This document shows, in pieces, positions 63,999 through 64,000 of a DNA stretch of 64,000 nt (the first letter of the stretch is position 1; each line of letters starts with the position of its first letter). The stretch lies in the NCBI GenBank assembly GCA_963662625.1, contig OY759726.1:160001-224000 (forward strand), written 5' to 3'. The notes under the pieces were generated by a model. The model made no database searches, was not told the DNA's origin, and saw only the letters and a program-made list of their open reading frames with translations. A program made the position numbers and the translations under genes. Source of the stretch: Nitrosopumilus sp. Lineage in GTDB: Archaea > Thermoproteota > Nitrososphaeria > Nitrososphaerales > Nitrosopumilaceae.

Positions 63999-64000
63999 CC

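Larger units (their letters stand above)
1..64000. mobile_element. Part of a large archaeal (probably Nitrososphaerota) conjugative element, megaplasmid or ICE; boundaries not in window
   Basis: VirB4/VirD4/VirB6-like genes, Tad-like pilus genes, partition-like genes, own PolB/PriL/helicase, many MTases; no housekeeping operons; no integrase or att site recognised. Confidence 0.8.

Overview
GC-rich (roughly 70%) archaeal DNA, most likely Nitrososphaerota (Thaumarchaeota). Supporting signs are a CFI-box-CTERM-like tail, a PolB1-like polymerase, TBP/TFB/Alba homologues, class III pilins and TATA boxes about 20-30 bp upstream of apparently leaderless starts. No ribosomal, metabolic or RNA housekeeping genes are seen. 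The window reads as part of a large conjugative element (megaplasmid or ICE). It encodes: (i) a T4SS-like transfer module (VirB4, a VirD4-like ATPase fused to a wHTH and a PD-(D/E)xK domain, two VirB6-like paralogues, PrgI-like and VirB2-like candidates); (ii) a Tad-like type IV pilus (ATPase, TadB/C platform, prepilin peptidase, several pilins including a Cys-repeat adhesin); (iii) its own replication operon (PolB, DinG/XPD-like helicase, PriL); (iv) divergent TBP, TFB and Alba; (v) ParM-like actin and ParB-like proteins; (vi) many DNA methyltransferases and nucleases; (vii) a family of small basic Zn-finger proteins. Non-coding signals include an AT-rich island with a 44-bp near-perfect palindrome (candidate oriT/oriV), a 14-bp extended promoter shared by four transfer genes, and low-GC patches inside two pilins. 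All family calls come from motif recognition by eye; no database searches were run. Many starts were re-assigned using TATA spacing and ATGA/GTGA/TTGA stop-start overlaps.
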